64,000 nucleotides of DNA from Chiloscyllium plagiosum (Eukaryota). Under the pieces are notes generated by a model that was not told where the DNA came from, ran no database searches, and was given only the letters and a program-made list of their open reading frames with translations. Shown piece by piece: positions 47,081 to 60,129 of the stretch. Numbering within the stretch: position 1 is the first letter of the stretch; every line of letters begins with the position of its first letter. The position numbers and the translations under genes are program-made. The stretch lies in contig NC_057718.1 of the NCBI RefSeq assembly GCF_004010195.1, positions 41,944,444 through 42,008,443 of the forward strand, written 5' to 3'.

Positions 47081-50000
47081 TTTAAGTCTTGTTCAGCCAT
47101 TTGTGCCTTCCTTTCTTCAACCACCCCTTGGAAGTTGAAGGGATGGACAAAATACTAATACTAAGAATTGCTGGGATAAATCTATGAAAAAGGGTATAAC
47201 GTACATAGAAATAAGAAATATTCAACAGATTCTATCTTTTTTGGCTGGTGAACCTATTTCTTGTACTGCCAGCATCTGGTTAGGATAGATCATGTGAGTA
47301 AAGAGCAGCAAGAACCTGTTCAGTGAAGCAACAAGCTAGGAAATCTTCAATCATTGAAATTGAAGAGCTCAATTCCTGATGAGGTGGGACACTGTTGATC
47401 ACATATTCCTTTTCAGAAAGTGCTTTTAGTTTTCGATAGATTACTGTCAACGTCTTGACAGCCACATCGTTGTTTTGAACTTCCTTCACTTTCAAAAGCA
47501 CTTCCCTGCTGCCAGCCTTCAGCAGAGAAGGGGAGTAACTCATGCAGTTTGAACTTGCACTTCTGAGGAGGGCCAAGGGATGCACTGACACCAATACCAA
47601 TACCAGCAGCAACCAGAACTCCCTTCTCCTCAGCCACATGCCAATGAGCAGGACACAGGAGACAGACACAGTGGGCCAAATGGAAGGAGACAACACCCCA
47701 ATACAGGGTCAACAGACAGAGAATCAACTCTTCCAACATGTGTGGACAGCAGTGCCTCTCTTACACAGATCATTCCTGACATCTGCTACCTCCTGGAACA
47801 AGACCTCCTTTCCAGTGAGGCAGGTAGCCATGCATTGCTAGTGGCTGTCAGGGGTGACTGCCACTGGAGAACAATCCTACTTTCTGGCTGTGAGGCACAG
47901 GAATAAGAGGGTATCAAGGTGATCACTAGTAAGAATGATGACTGTTCAAATGGGACTATGCAATATCCAATCAGAGAACAAAATCTGGAGGTGTAAGGTG
48001 TGTTTTCCTGGGATATTCTACACAGGACAATACTGTAAATTGTTGTTCCACATACCTGTCCTGCATTGTTGAAGACCCGGATCCTCAATGCACTGTCTCC
48101 AGTCTGGAGGGGCCACACATCTGCTGCTGGCTTTGTTGGGCACTTTACTCCATGTCTACTAGGTTGGAGGAATTATGGTTACTGTCTACAGGGCACAACA
48201 GGACTGGTTCCATCCAAAAAGATTCAATGGAAGTCAACAAAGCCAAAGCTTGGGGAATTTTTAATGATGCAGCTGGAGCATAAACAGTTCACATGAAGCA
48301 GCCTTCCAGTACACAGCATTACTCTATAATAGAAAATCTGTTTCTGACTGGATCTGAAGCTCAAACTGCGCTGCTTGTTTGAACCTCTCTTTGCAAGATT
48401 ATCTGAAAACTAATCGAAAAATAATTAGTATATCATTTCAGATTCCATTCTATGTATTAGTTCAGAATCCCTGCTTGAATCATGGAAACCATAAAACCAC
48501 ACTTAGTGATACTCCCCATAGTATTTCACTGGTTAGCATATTATTGAAGATTTTGGATAATCCATTCAAGGACCCCAGGTGAATTGTTCAACACTACTAT
48601 ATCATCAAGGTAAAGAGCCAAAAGCTGGCAGATAGAGACCAAACCTTTTTGAGATTGTGTCGAGGAAAAATTTGAATTGGGAGTATCAGTGACTCCTTCC
48701 TTCATTCTGCTGTTGATGAATATAAAGTGTGTAAGACTATCCTAATAAACATCCTGAATAAAATTCATATTTGATATTACACTCTTATAATTTCCAGTTT
48801 TTTAACTATTATGCAAAACAAAAAATTAATGTGATCAATCAAAAATGTATTTTGACTGAGTTAAATCATATTCTGAGATCTGATTAGAGGGCGATACCTT
48901 GTTTCAAATATTCTCATGCTGATCAATGAGGTAACTGATGTGTGGACCATTTGTTTCAGGATTTGTTTTGGCTGCAGAACTGTCACCATATAGATGGGAT
49001 TTATAATGCATGAAATTATCAATAAATAAAGTATAGCCTTCTTGGGTCCTCTATAAACATTTTTATCAAACTCATAAAAGTCAATGCATATGATAACATG
49101 ATTTTATAATGATATCATCAAACAACAAATTGTGAAATGTCTCTATAACACTGCCTGAACTGAACAAAATAAAGAAATGCACTCTGCCAGATAGCACATC
49201 TCTCTCAGAGCAAGCAGGTTCCTCAGAAAAAGAGGATGGTTGTGCTTATCATACAAACTTTTCACAACTGCTCCAGGAACAGAGTTGTCCTTAAGATGCA
49301 ATGGAGAGGTAGAACAGCCTGGGATGTGTTTCAGAGGTTGGCATTTGAGTTCCATAGATTAACACATCTATTTAGTACACTAAGTAATCCATTTAAATTA
49401 TCTTTATATCCTACTTTAATCAGCTGAGAAATGTTGGCCACACTTTATACAATAAATCTATGGTCAAAGACCATTGGTTGCACCCCTGATGTGGAGTGTA
49501 CATCATTTACATGTACTCTGCCTCATTTTACTATTTCACTCCAAAGGCTTGCTGTTCAGTTTTCCTGGCTTTTGTTAATGATTACTTTATGATGGTACAG
49601 ATGTCTCAATGTCAACAGTGCAAGTAAATTTTTCCATTATGTTCCTCCATTCATCTTTTATATCTGCTAATTACTCATTTCTCAGTCATTGAAGTTGGTG
49701 TTATAAGATTTGTAAATCTGAATCTCTGAGGTTTGAATGTCTATAGCAGAGGCTAAGATTACCTGTACACACTGAGGACTATGAGCAAACTAAATTAATA
49801 TTTTAACTCCTTAAAGGTGTACACTGATTTGAGATCACTTATTTGTCAAAAGTTGTGAGATGAAAATAGTCTCTCTGTTTCAGATTAACTCAGATTGAAA
49901 AAAAGTTACATTTTGAGTTTACACAGGACAGAAATAACATTTTAATCATGAAAAAAACAAGAAGACATTTACTGATAAGTTTAATCAAAAGACGATGAAT

Positions 50001-50460
50001 GTGTTTACCTAATGTACAAGAAATTTGGAATATTTCTGTAATTATATGATCAGATTAGAGGATCACAACTTGATTCACATAGTCTGATGCTGAGCAATGG
50101 GAAGTCTGACGCATGGGCTTTTTTTTAGTGTTTTGAGAGCAGAAATTTCATATGCAGGACCATAAAAAGAATATTTATTTGGGAACATCCCTCATGTAAT
50201 AACTAACACTTTCCACAACAAAGTCTATCTCTGTGGATGGAATTTTTCAACTTTTAATTAAAAGTGTTTCACTGAATGAGATAATGGTGCCCCTACCACC
50301 CTGACTCAGAGTGACTTATCTCACACAAACCTCTGCTCCTCACCTCGGTAATTATGCAACCTGGTCCATCAATGACTTATGCACAGGCACCATATGTAAA
50401 GCACCCAACTTCAGACACCGCAAGCTAAGAGCAGGCTCCACAATCTGGCATTTAGCTGTC

Positions 50461-50690
50461 ATGGCCCAGAGGAAAGGAAATCTCACACCCAGCTTCAGAG
50501 ACGGGGATCTGGAAGCACTGCTGAATGTGTTGGTGGAGAAGAAGGCTGTCTTCTTTTCTGTGGACCACAACAGGAGAACTTTTCGAGCAAATAAACCAGC
50601 CTGTACATAAACAGTAGCCACTGTCAATGCTATGTCCAGTGTGAGACTTCATACTCAGCAATGCAGGAAGAAGGTCAGCGTTCTTCTGTG
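50461..50690 (+). mobile_element. Best-preserved Harbinger-type Myb/SANT-like ORF relic
   Basis: 'MAQRKGNLTPSFRDGDLEALLNVLVEKKAVFFSVDHNRR...ACT*TVATVNAMSSVRLHTQQCRKKV' fits the F..D.E.L...W..VA..V.....R...QC.KK pattern. Confidence 0.65.
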
Positions 50691-50814
50691 CCCACAAGGG
50701 TGAATGCCACTATCTGCTCCCTGCTAATTCACTCTCACAGAGCTACCACTCATTTAACTGACTGAAGTCTTAAAAGTTACCTAATATTAATATCGTGCAG
50801 TGTTAGTTCACTGA

Positions 50815-51020
50815 TTGTTGTGTAATTGAATAGTAGTGGTCTCAACATGGACCCCTGAGGAAATCCACTAGTCACTGGCTGCCAGCCTGAAAATGATCCT
50901 GGCCCCTAGCACCATGTGCTCTTCTCTTATTTAGCAGCCTCCTGTGCAGCACCTTATCAAAGCCTTCTGGTATTCCAAATAGATTATGTCTGTTGGCTCT
51001 CCTTTATCTAACTTGCTCAA
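50815..51020 (-). mobile_element. CR1 RT fragment
   Basis: Minus strand encodes decayed 'WQPVTSGFPQGSMLRP' and 'YLEYQKA-DKVLHRRLLNKRRAHG'. Confidence 0.75.
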
Positions 51021-51099
51021 AGAATTCAAGTGGATATTTCTGGAGCAAAAGTCTTTAACAAAACTGAAAGGATGCGTCAGAGTCTGATGTACCAAACTG

Positions 51100-51205
51100 T
51101 AGTGGAGAGACAGTGGTCAAGTAGTCCAAAGACTAAGGCTAATGTGCTGGGTACATAGGTTCAAATACCACCATGCCTGATCATAAAATATGAATTCTAT
51201 TAAAA
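51100..51205 (+). mobile_element. tRNA-derived SINE head fragment (52430 family)
   Basis: GGTTCAAATACCACCATG B-box-like motif followed by ...GAATTC.ATTAAA. Confidence 0.5.
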
Positions 51206-51269
51206 AGCACATAAAACAGGTGACCCCTATTGATTTTGCTATATTGTTAGCTCAGCCATTTCTAGACAT

Positions 51270-51510
51270 TATATGGAGTGATCCACATTGGATGAAGACT
51301 GTTTTGTGTGATAGCTTGACCTGAGTTAGCCAAGATGGATCATTCACTCATATTTAGGCTGATAGTTATTGTAAACACTTCAGCCTTGCCTTTTGCACTA
51401 ACGTCACCATTGAGATTATGGATGTTCATGAAAAATACTCTTTCTATTAGTTGATTGATCATCTATCGCCATTCAAGATTAGATGTGGCAGGGCTGAAAA
51501 ACGTACCTGG
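51270..51510 (-). mobile_element. Fragment of the same LINE family as 39353-44340
   Basis: Collinear by eye with ~43160-43385 (TGAAGACTG...TTCAG...CATTGAG...GATGT.G). Confidence 0.6.
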
Positions 51511-51632
51511 CTTGATTTTGGGGACTGCCAGGGTCACTCCCTTGCAATGTATAATACTAGGTCAGCATCGCTGGTCAGTCTGTCCTGTGGCAGAATAAGG
51601 TACTCTCAGGGAGAACATTGGAGCAATGTGTG

Positions 51633-51733
51633 TTAAAAACAGACATTGCAGGTGAAACTCACCAGGTTTGGTCGTAACTATGGGAAAAAAGTAGAGTTAT
51701 CATTTCAAGTCCAGTGACTCCTCATCAGGAATC
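51633..51733 (-). mobile_element. Short Penelope-like 3' end with hammerhead-like motif
   Basis: Minus strand CUGAUGA-GGAGUC-ACUG-GACUU-GAAAUGAU. Confidence 0.6.
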
Positions 51734-51769
51734 TGTGATGTTAGCCAGTATTTATTTATCCTCTGTAAT

Positions 51770-52020
51770 TATGCAGGGAACAGTTAACAGTCAACCACAT
51801 TGATGTGGGTTTGAAGGCACATGTAGCAAAGGTGTCAGATTTCATTTCCTAAAGGCCATTAATGACCCAGACTTTCTATTAAACTACAATCAACAGTGGT
51901 TACTTGATCACCTATTATATACGCTTTTTTATAGAATTCACATTTTACCATCTGGCATGGTGGTATTTGAACCCATGCCGCCAGGACATTAACCTGAGAT
52001 TCTGGAGTACTAGACCACTG
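51770..52020 (-). mobile_element. tRNA-derived SINE (52430 family)
   Basis: Minus-strand B box GGGTTCAAATACCACCATG; body resembles 52430-52762. Confidence 0.65.
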
Positions 52021-52429
52021 TCTCTCCACTACAATTTGCTACATCAGGCTCTGAGTCAACTCTTTCGTCTATGGCACAAGTCCTCAGAAATTCAAAAGTG
52101 GAACCTTTCAGGGACAACTGGATTGAGCATGTATTTGCTGCATCCAGTACCTGGTTCGATATCAAGTGACTCACTTGCTTTTACTTTTATGGTTTCTTGT
52201 AACTGTTGAAACAGCTGAGTGACTTGCAAATTCTTTTTTAAGAATAGCTAAGTGTCAACCACTTTATTGTGAGCTGAGTTTTCATTTGTTGATCCCAGTC
52301 CTGCCATTAGGAGGAAATGCATATTGAGAACACTACAGTCAGCCTCAGAACATTAGCCTTAACAGAGCTTTAATTGCTGTATGCGGATAGGTAACTATCT
52401 CCCTCAGAACCTACCTCGAACCTACCTAA

Positions 52430-52762
52430 GGGAAACAATGGCCTTGTGGTATTGTTACTGGACCATCAATCTAGAGATCCAGGAATGTCCTGGGGGTCTG
52501 GTTTTGAATTCGGCATGACAGATAGTGGCATTCAAATTCAATGTAAAACAAAAATCTGGAATTATGAGTCTAAAGATGACGATGAGTCAATTGTCAGAAA
52601 AAAAACCATCTGGTTCACTAATGTTCTTTAGGGAAGGAATTGCTTTCCTTACCTGGTCTGGCCTCCAGTCCCCTAGCAATGTGCCATTAGGCAATTAGTG
52701 ATGAGCAATAAATGCTGAACTACCCAGCGATGCCGTCATCCTGTGAATAATTTGTTTTTTTA
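52430..52762 (+). mobile_element. tRNA-derived SINE with a LINE-derived 3' tail
   Basis: Head TGGCCTTGTGGT...GGTTTTGAATTC; core CCATCTGGTTCACTAATGT..TTTAGGGAAGGA; tail GCAATAAATGCTG...CCAGCGATGCC matches the 3' end of the 39353 LINE. Confidence 0.8.
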
Positions 52763-54991
52763 AATAACAAAATGAGAACTTGCCATCAAACCATACACCT
52801 CTGGCATGTTTTGGAAATTTCACTCTGTGGGCCTTTATTTTCATATAGATTTCCTTTCCAAAGCACATTAATGAAGCAGATAGAATTTTACAATATTTCA
52901 GTGATTTCACCATGACTATTACAGATACTCACTACTTGTTGCAGGTGCATTTCAGTAACTGAGATTAAATTCCCCAGATGTAGTGGCAGGATTTGTGACC
53001 ATTTATCCATATCATTATTTCAGGTTTCTGTACTACAACGACTGTGCTACAGTACCAGTGTTGTGAACTTTATTCCCATGTTTTTAACTATAGTGCTGCT
53101 CTTCAAATATATGGTGTATGCTTAGCAGTGATTGTGGCTAAGACACCAGTTTAAAATCTATGCCCACCTCTTTCTTTATTGCATGTTATTAAGGAGCTGT
53201 GTTGCTTTCATTTGCAGAATACGTGGAGGAAGGAAGGAAGGAATGAACAAAATTAACAGTACCACAATAAAACACTCTGGTAAAGTAATATAGAATGTAC
53301 TGTAGTCCTGATCAACACTGGGACTCCTTAGTAACCTGAGTGGTGACGGTCAGGGAAAAAGATATCTGTCCCCCATCTTGATCTTCAACAAATGCTCATA
53401 AACTGAAAGAGCTGCTATGAGTGGCTGCAGCCATATAAGTGGTAAATGGATAATGAAAGTGAAAGCCGAGACCTAATGCCTCTTTTCTCAGTGTTACTTG
53501 AAAGAGTATGAAGGTCAACTCTGTTTTCATTTCAATATACTGTATAGGCTACTTAACAAAGGAATATTCTGTTTCATCATATATGATGTGATTGTAGTGG
53601 AAGCTTGAAAAATGTATTATTTAGAACCACTGTTAAAGTGTATTGATTTAATTTCACCTCTTCACTAGCACGGAGTTCATTCTAGATTTAAGTGGCACAG
53701 GGCAGGAAAGAGAATGAACAGTCCAGGGGCATTGCTTAGCCCAATTCAATCCAGATTGGCCAAATGTATCGAGAGTAAGCTGAGACTGGCCTAATAAAAC
53801 TCATCCAGTCAAACAATGGCTGACTGCCAACTTATGCTTCTTTCTGATATTTCCATGTTTTCACTGAAGAAATAGAATGAGTAAGTCCCATTTGTATTCA
53901 TCCTGATAGCGCAAATTGAACAGATAGAGAAAGGGAGAAAGGGAGAAAGTGCATGTTTTAAAATCCTGGCAAAACACTGCTTTTAATGTTATATAATTGA
54001 ATATGTAGTCAGCAAAATTTCATCTTTAGTGCACTTCAGATGCAGACACATAGATATGATGGATCTCGAAAAGTACTTTAATAAGAACATTTTTTTTCAA
54101 ACAATTTACAAAACCAACAAAGGCAAACTTTAAATCAAATTGAGTTGTACCAAGATCTAAAATGACAATGTGGCTTTTAACTTTTATTTAATCAGAAAGA
54201 CACTAAAAAGTCAGTAATGCAAGAGAAATTCAAAGGCTGGAGGAAATGAGTCACATGGTTAATCCCCAGTGTGGGAGGTCCAAATAATGAGGAAAGACTG
54301 GAGAGACTTGAAGCTTTCAGTCTGGCAATGTGAGATCTGACAGGCAAATGAAGAGCAGCATACAGTATAACTTGAAAGGAATTGAAAAATCCAGAATAAT
54401 ATTTAAAGATGGTAAGCAATAGCCAGACAAGGGAATATTGATTTAAAATATTGGAGACTAACAACAGCAAATTCTCTTTTACATGAAGAGTGAACAATGC
54501 CTGGAAGAGCAGTCAATATGAAAATTGTTGTGATGTGGTTAGTTGTCTGATTGGTTGTGATCTGTATTATTTCATGTAATAGATGACCCAAACTCTAGGG
54601 CTCTTGTTGAGGCCATTATCGGGAAGTTTATTAACAACTAACTACATACGATGATATGACATCTCAGACTAAGCATATATTCTGGGTACTAATGTTACTT
54701 ATGTTACTATAACAATATGGCAACCTCTTCTGATACCCTCAAAAGTTTCATATTGCAAATACATAGAATTCTGCATATAAACACTTTGACAACATTTTAC
54801 CAATTAAAAAAAACAGCAAAATCCAATTAGGCCCAAACACAATGGGCAAACAGCACAGAATGGCATCACTGACAAGGGTATTGTGCATTATGTATGTGTT
54901 TACTGAGAACATTTTTGGTTTGACAGCGGACATACTCTCACTTGACTAACTCAACGCTTGCTTATTTAATAACTGACTGTTTGACCAACTG

Positions 54992-55113
54992 GGAGAAAGT
55001 GAGGACTGCAGATGCTGGAGATCAGAGCTGAAAATGTGTTGCTGGAAAAAGGTCAGGCAGCATCCAAGGAGCAGGAGAATCGATGTTTTGGGCATGAGCC
55101 CTTCTTCAGGAAG
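54992..55113 (-). mobile_element. 122-bp mini Penelope insertion beginning at the hammerhead-like core
   Basis: Exact 14-bp TSD TGTTTGACCAACTG at 54978-54991 and 55114-55127; minus strand starts CUUCCUGAAGAAGGGCUCAUGCCCAAAACAUC. Confidence 0.9.
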
Positions 55114-55193
55114 TGTTTGACCAACTGCTTAACTACTGAATGAATAATTAAAAGTAATATGAAGACCTTCTATACTGGAGCAGCACATGTTAA

Positions 55194-56996
55194 AGTCATA
55201 GAGTCATTGAGATGTACAGCATGGAAACAAACCCTCCGGTCCAACTCGCCCGTGCTGACCAGATATCCTAACATAATTAGATTAGATTAGATTACTTTAC
55301 AGTGTGGAAACAGGCCCTTCGGCCCAACAAGTCCACACCGACCCGCCGAAGCGTAACCCACCCATACCCCTACATTTACCCCTTACCTAACACTACGGGC
55401 AATTTAGTATGGCCAATTCACCTGGCCCTGCACATCTTTGGACTGTGGGAGGAAACCGGAGCACCCGGAGGAAACCCACGCAGACACGGGGAGAATGTGC
55501 AAACTCCACACAGTTAGTCGCCTGAGTCGGGAATTGAACCCGGGTCTCTGGCGCTGTGAGGCAGCAGTGCTAACCACTGTGCCACCGTGCCGCCCACTAA
55601 TCTAGTCCCATTTGCCAGCACCCAGCCCAAATCCGTCTAAACCTTTCCTATTCATATACCTATCCAGATGCCTTTTAAATGTTGCAATTGTACCAGTCTC
55701 CACTGCTTTCTCTGGCAGCTCATTCCATACAAGCACCACCCTCTGTGTGAAAAAGTTGCTCCTTAGGTCCCTTTTATATCTTTCTCCTCTCACCTTAGAC
55801 CTATGCCCTCGAGTTCTGGACTCCCCCATCCTAGTGAAAAGACCTAGTCTATTTATCCTATCAATGCCCCTCCTAATTTTATAAACCTCTATAAAGTCAC
55901 CCCTCAGCCTCTGACGATCCAGGGAAAACAGCCCCAGCATACTCAGCCTCTCCCTAATGCTCAAATCCTCCGACCTTGGCAACATCCTTGTAAATCTTTT
56001 CTGAACCCTTTCAAGTTTCACAACATCCTTCCAATAGAAAGGTGTCCAGAATTGAACCCAATATTCCAAAAATGGTCTAACCAATGTCCTGTACAGCCGC
56101 AACATGACCTCCCAACTCCTATACTCAATGCTCTGACCAATAAAGGAAAGCATACCAAATGCCTTCTTCACTATCCTATCTACCTGCGACTCTACTTTCA
56201 AGGAACTATGAACCTGCATTCCAAGGTCTCTTTGTTCAGGAACACTCTCCAGGACTTTACTATTAAGTGTACAACTCCTGCTAAGATTTGCTTTCCCAAA
56301 ATGCTGCATCTCGCATTTACCTAAATTAAACTCCATCTGCCGCTCCTCAGCTGAATGGCTCATCTGATCAAGATCCCATTGTGCTCTGAGGTAATCTTCT
56401 TTGCTGTCTACTACACCTCCAATTTTGGAGTCATCTGCAAACTTACTAACTATACCTCCTATGTTCACATCCAAACCATTTCTATAAATGACAAAAAGCA
56501 GTGGACCCAGCTCCAATCCTTGTAGCACTCCACTGGTCACAGGCCTCCAGTCTGAAAAACAACCTTCCACCACCTCCCTCTGTCTTCTACCTTTCAGCCA
56601 TTTTGTATTCAAATGGCTAGTTCTCCCTGTATTCCACAAAATCTAATCTTGCTAACCAATCTCCCATGAGGAGCCTTGTCGAGCGCCTTACTGAAGTCCA
56701 TCTGGATCACATGTACTGCTCTGCCCTCATCAATTCTCTTTGTTACTTCTTCAAAAAACTCAATCAAGTTCATGAGGCATGATTTCCCACGCACAAAGCC
56801 ATGTTGACTGTCCCTAATCAGTTTTTGCATTTCCAAATATATGTGAATTCTGTCCCTCAAGATTCCCTCCAACAACTTGCCCACCACTGATGTCAGGCTC
56901 AGTGGTCTATAGTTCCCTGGCTTTTCCTTACCACCTTTCTTAAATTGTGGCACCATGTTAGCCAATCTCCAGTCTTTCAGCACCTCACCTGTGACT
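55194..56996 (-). mobile_element. Young 5'-truncated CR1 (HER1-like) LINE with nearly intact RT ORF
   Basis: ORFs 56609-56983 and 55602-56639 (NYRPLSL, HGF, DFSKALD, SGVLQG, FADDSK, LVRPFLEY); (GACTCTAT)n tail at 55194-55207. Confidence 0.95.
55276..55595 (-). mobile_element. Full-length young HE1-type SINE inserted in the CR1 3' end
   Basis: A box TGGCACAGTGG, B box GGTTCAATTCC, (TAATC)n tail; CR1 sequence resumes on both sides. Confidence 0.95.
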
Positions 56997-58543
56997 ATGT
57001 GGTGTTATTCAACTATCTTAAAAGTGGAGCGCATTTCTGATACCAGGACAAGAATACAACATCTCTCCTTTCTCACTGCAAATAATGGGAAACCTGTTTT
57101 AATAGATATGTGCAAGGATACATTAAGATAACTCTTTACTGGAAGTACAATATGACCAGATCCAGTCATTGTTCAATTATCACAACTTGCCTGTGTATCA
57201 TCACTCTGCAATTGCTATCTGCCGTTGTGGGATATGCATAATGTTTCTGGATATATGTTTCTTGTCTGGTATGATTCTTTCAGTATTAGAGTCTACATCC
57301 TGAATGATGGGTGGTTGATAATCTACAACATTAATGTGTCATCTGACCATTGTTTATTGACAGTGTTGTATGACCTAGGATGGATGCAACATTGTAGTAT
57401 CCTTCCAAAAAACCCTTGTATTCATAGGAAAAGCTCAAACTCTGATGCTTTGAACTTGTTTAAGTTAATGAAATATGTAGTGGCAATGACCAGCTCCATA
57501 AATCTTTGGTGAAATCACATTCCATGCATTTGGATCCATGTCTGTCTACATCTTTATTAATTATTTTAGTGACTGAAGACAATATGGCATGATATTGCCT
57601 TCAGGTCACGCAGTCAAACCTGTGTATCCTGATATTGACTTGAACCATAGCTGATCTTCTAAAATTTGGGAAAATTATGACAAAACCTTTACAGTCATCA
57701 CTAGGAATACTGGAAGATTTTATTCTTCTCAATTCTTGATTCTAAAATTGATAAGAAGTTTGACTGCATGTCTTTCATTACCAACAATCTGTTAATCTAT
57801 GAAGTAAAGTTTCAATCTTTCCTTGAACAACTGAATTTCTGATAGAATGTCACTGGATTGTCAATCTTTTTTCAAACATTTGCTTTTCAGACATTTGAAA
57901 TCATTTGTAAAATGATCAGTATTGCACTCTAATGTTTCTTTTTGACTTCTTTTTTTCCTTTATTCCTTTTCAAATGTTGTAAATATCATCTAACTGTCTT
58001 AAAGTTATAGCACCTTTCTGGGATTTGTGCAATAATAGAACAAAGACCTTGGAATATTAGTGATATAGTTGGAAGCTTATATTTCCTGCAGACCAAATGG
58101 GCTTTCTCATCTGCAATTACCTTTAGGCTTTGAAAGAAGCTTGTACTTTATAGAACATATCAAAAACCCTCCTGAAAACCTGCAACACCCTCATTCTGTT
58201 TTTGAATGTCCTCCATTTCAGTTTTTAAATTAAAATGAATTAAGAGAACCTTTCTTTTCATGGGACCAAACTGAATGTTGAGCTATTGCTTTCTGGCATC
58301 TTAGATAAACTACTGAATCTGAATGGTGCTGTGAAACATGTTACTCTCAGAGCTGAGCCATTAAGTGGAAGTAATTGGTAGTGTTAACATTGAGAGCTGA
58401 TTTCAAGATTCTTAACTTTGCTGTTTGGTTGAGATTCTGTTTATCTGTTCCTTTAAACCATTATCGAATTCCAGCAGTTGGGGGAAATCTTTTAGTTGTC
58501 CTGTTTTCTTTTTGCTGGCTTATTAACTAGCTGACTACTAGAA

Positions 58544-58563
58544 AGAGAGAGAGAGAGAGAGAG
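58544..58563. repeat. (GA)n microsatellite
   Basis: Visible. Confidence 0.95.
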
Positions 58564-58584
58564 GATGCAAGTGAGTTTTCTTAC

Positions 58585-58633
58585 CTGAAATACAGGACTG
58601 ACTAAGGAATAGTTCTTCCACTGTGACTCTCAT
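58585..58633 (-). CDS. Weak candidate alternative first coding exon (MRVTVEELFLSQSCIS, phase-1 donor)
   Basis: ACTATGA start after an in-frame TAG; strong CAG|GTAAGA donor; CpG cluster at ~58665-58715. Confidence 0.2.
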
Positions 58634-59089
58634 AGTGTTCTATTGCTTGAACCCAGATGAGTACGCACAGGTAACTTAGTCCACCAGCACACACAAGAAC
58701 ACTCAGCCCGCGTGCATATTTCAGTAGAGTTGAGTTAGCTTTTTAACCTTTGTCCTTGTGTATTTACCAAAGGTAAACATAGAAAAATGTGTCTGCAGTT
58801 CAGGACATAATCCACAAGAGATAGCTTGCTGTTGAACAGCATTACCTCATTATCTTTGCAATCACTAGAGATCACAGACCAGTCTGTTTTGTCTTTTCCC
58901 TCTTCCACTTGAAGTTTCCTTTGCATCTTAGAATGTGACATTCCATGGGTGTCTCTCTCTCCCCAGCAGAAACTTGATTTACATCTGAAGCTATTTTTGG
59001 CAGTATTATCCCTCTTATAAAACACAGTTTGGAATTATAAGTTGAAAATATCCACAGTACTTTGGGATTGTGAGCCATGAACATAAATC

Positions 59090-59740
59090 ACAATTTAAGT
59101 ATTATGAGCCTCAACCAATGAGGAGTGGCTGAATAAAAGTATACATCTGTACCTGTATTCAATTTAAAATTCTTTTTTTTGCCATCAACTATAATACCTG
59201 CATACCAGGATTCATCTGCAGGTCTTCCGAATCGGGGAATTACAGTCCTCTGTATTAATCTTAAAGAAATTGAGGAATTTTTACTGTTGAGCAGCTGTTC
59301 CCTTTCCATCAGCCAGTACCTAAGTGGACTTTGAAGTCCAGCACTGACAGTTTCCTTTCATTGCTGAATTTCTCTTCAGGCTCCTCCTCTGCTTCAGAGT
59401 TGGATCACTGGGCTGGCTTCATTCATCACCCACAGCACTGTACTGTCCTGGCTTTAATTCATACATTCCTTGATACTTGAGTCCAGTTCTATAGATCTGG
59501 TTGCTGTCTGCCTCAGTGTAGTAAGAGCAGCTCCACACTCAGCGGAGTCAACGTTCACAAGCTTTATTTAACGTAACAATGTACAAGGGATTATATAAAA
59601 GGAATTCATTTTCTGGAATACTACAAACTTAGGCTCAGTTCCCTGTGATGTGACATTACTATGATATAGCTCTTACATATATGCTCAGTAGCCATTCTTT
59701 CATTAAAGGCATAGTTAACCCTTTACTGTGCACACACAGA
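59090..59740 (-). mobile_element. Gypsy-type relic: protease remnant and probable LTR fragment
   Basis: 'ESWYAGIIVDGKKKNFKLNTGTDV' is a decayed W...I.V.G....FKLDTGADV aspartic-protease motif; minus-strand AATAAA at ~59563-59568. Confidence 0.6.
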
Positions 59741-59820
59741 TTAAAAATAGCACAATTAGGCCTGAGTCATATCAAGCATCACTACCCAAGCAGTACAGTG
59801 TCTTAAAGAAATGTGCAATA

Positions 59821-60129
59821 ATTAGATTAGATTACAGTGTGGAAACAGGCCCTTCGGCCCAACAAGTCCACACCGACCCGCCGAAGTGAAACCCACCCAT
59901 ACCCCTACATTTACCCCTTACCTAACACTACGGGCAATTTAGTATGGCCAAATCACCTGACCCTGCACATCTTTGGACCGTGGGAGGAAACCGGAGCACC
60001 TGGAGGAAACCCACGCAGACACGGGGAGAACGTGCAAACTCCACACAGTCAGTCGCCTGAGGCAGGAATTGAACCCGGTCTCTGGCGCTGTGAGGCAGCA
60101 GTGCTAACCGCTGTGCCACCGTGCCGCCC
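59821..60129 (-). mobile_element. Full-length young HE1-type SINE
   Basis: Near-identical to 55276-55595. Confidence 0.95.

Noticed and set aside
53218..53279. Plus-strand exon candidate (TTTGCAG...CTG|GTAAAG)
   Set aside because: Low-complexity content, no homology and no partner exons.
55302..55517. Recurrent 'MWKQALRPNKSTPTRR...' ORFs as a small gene family (also 59837, 61981, 28017)
   Set aside because: They are antisense readings of HE1 SINE copies with GTG starts.
55530..55595. tRNA gene
   Set aside because: The A/B boxes belong to a SINE head; no complete cloverleaf.
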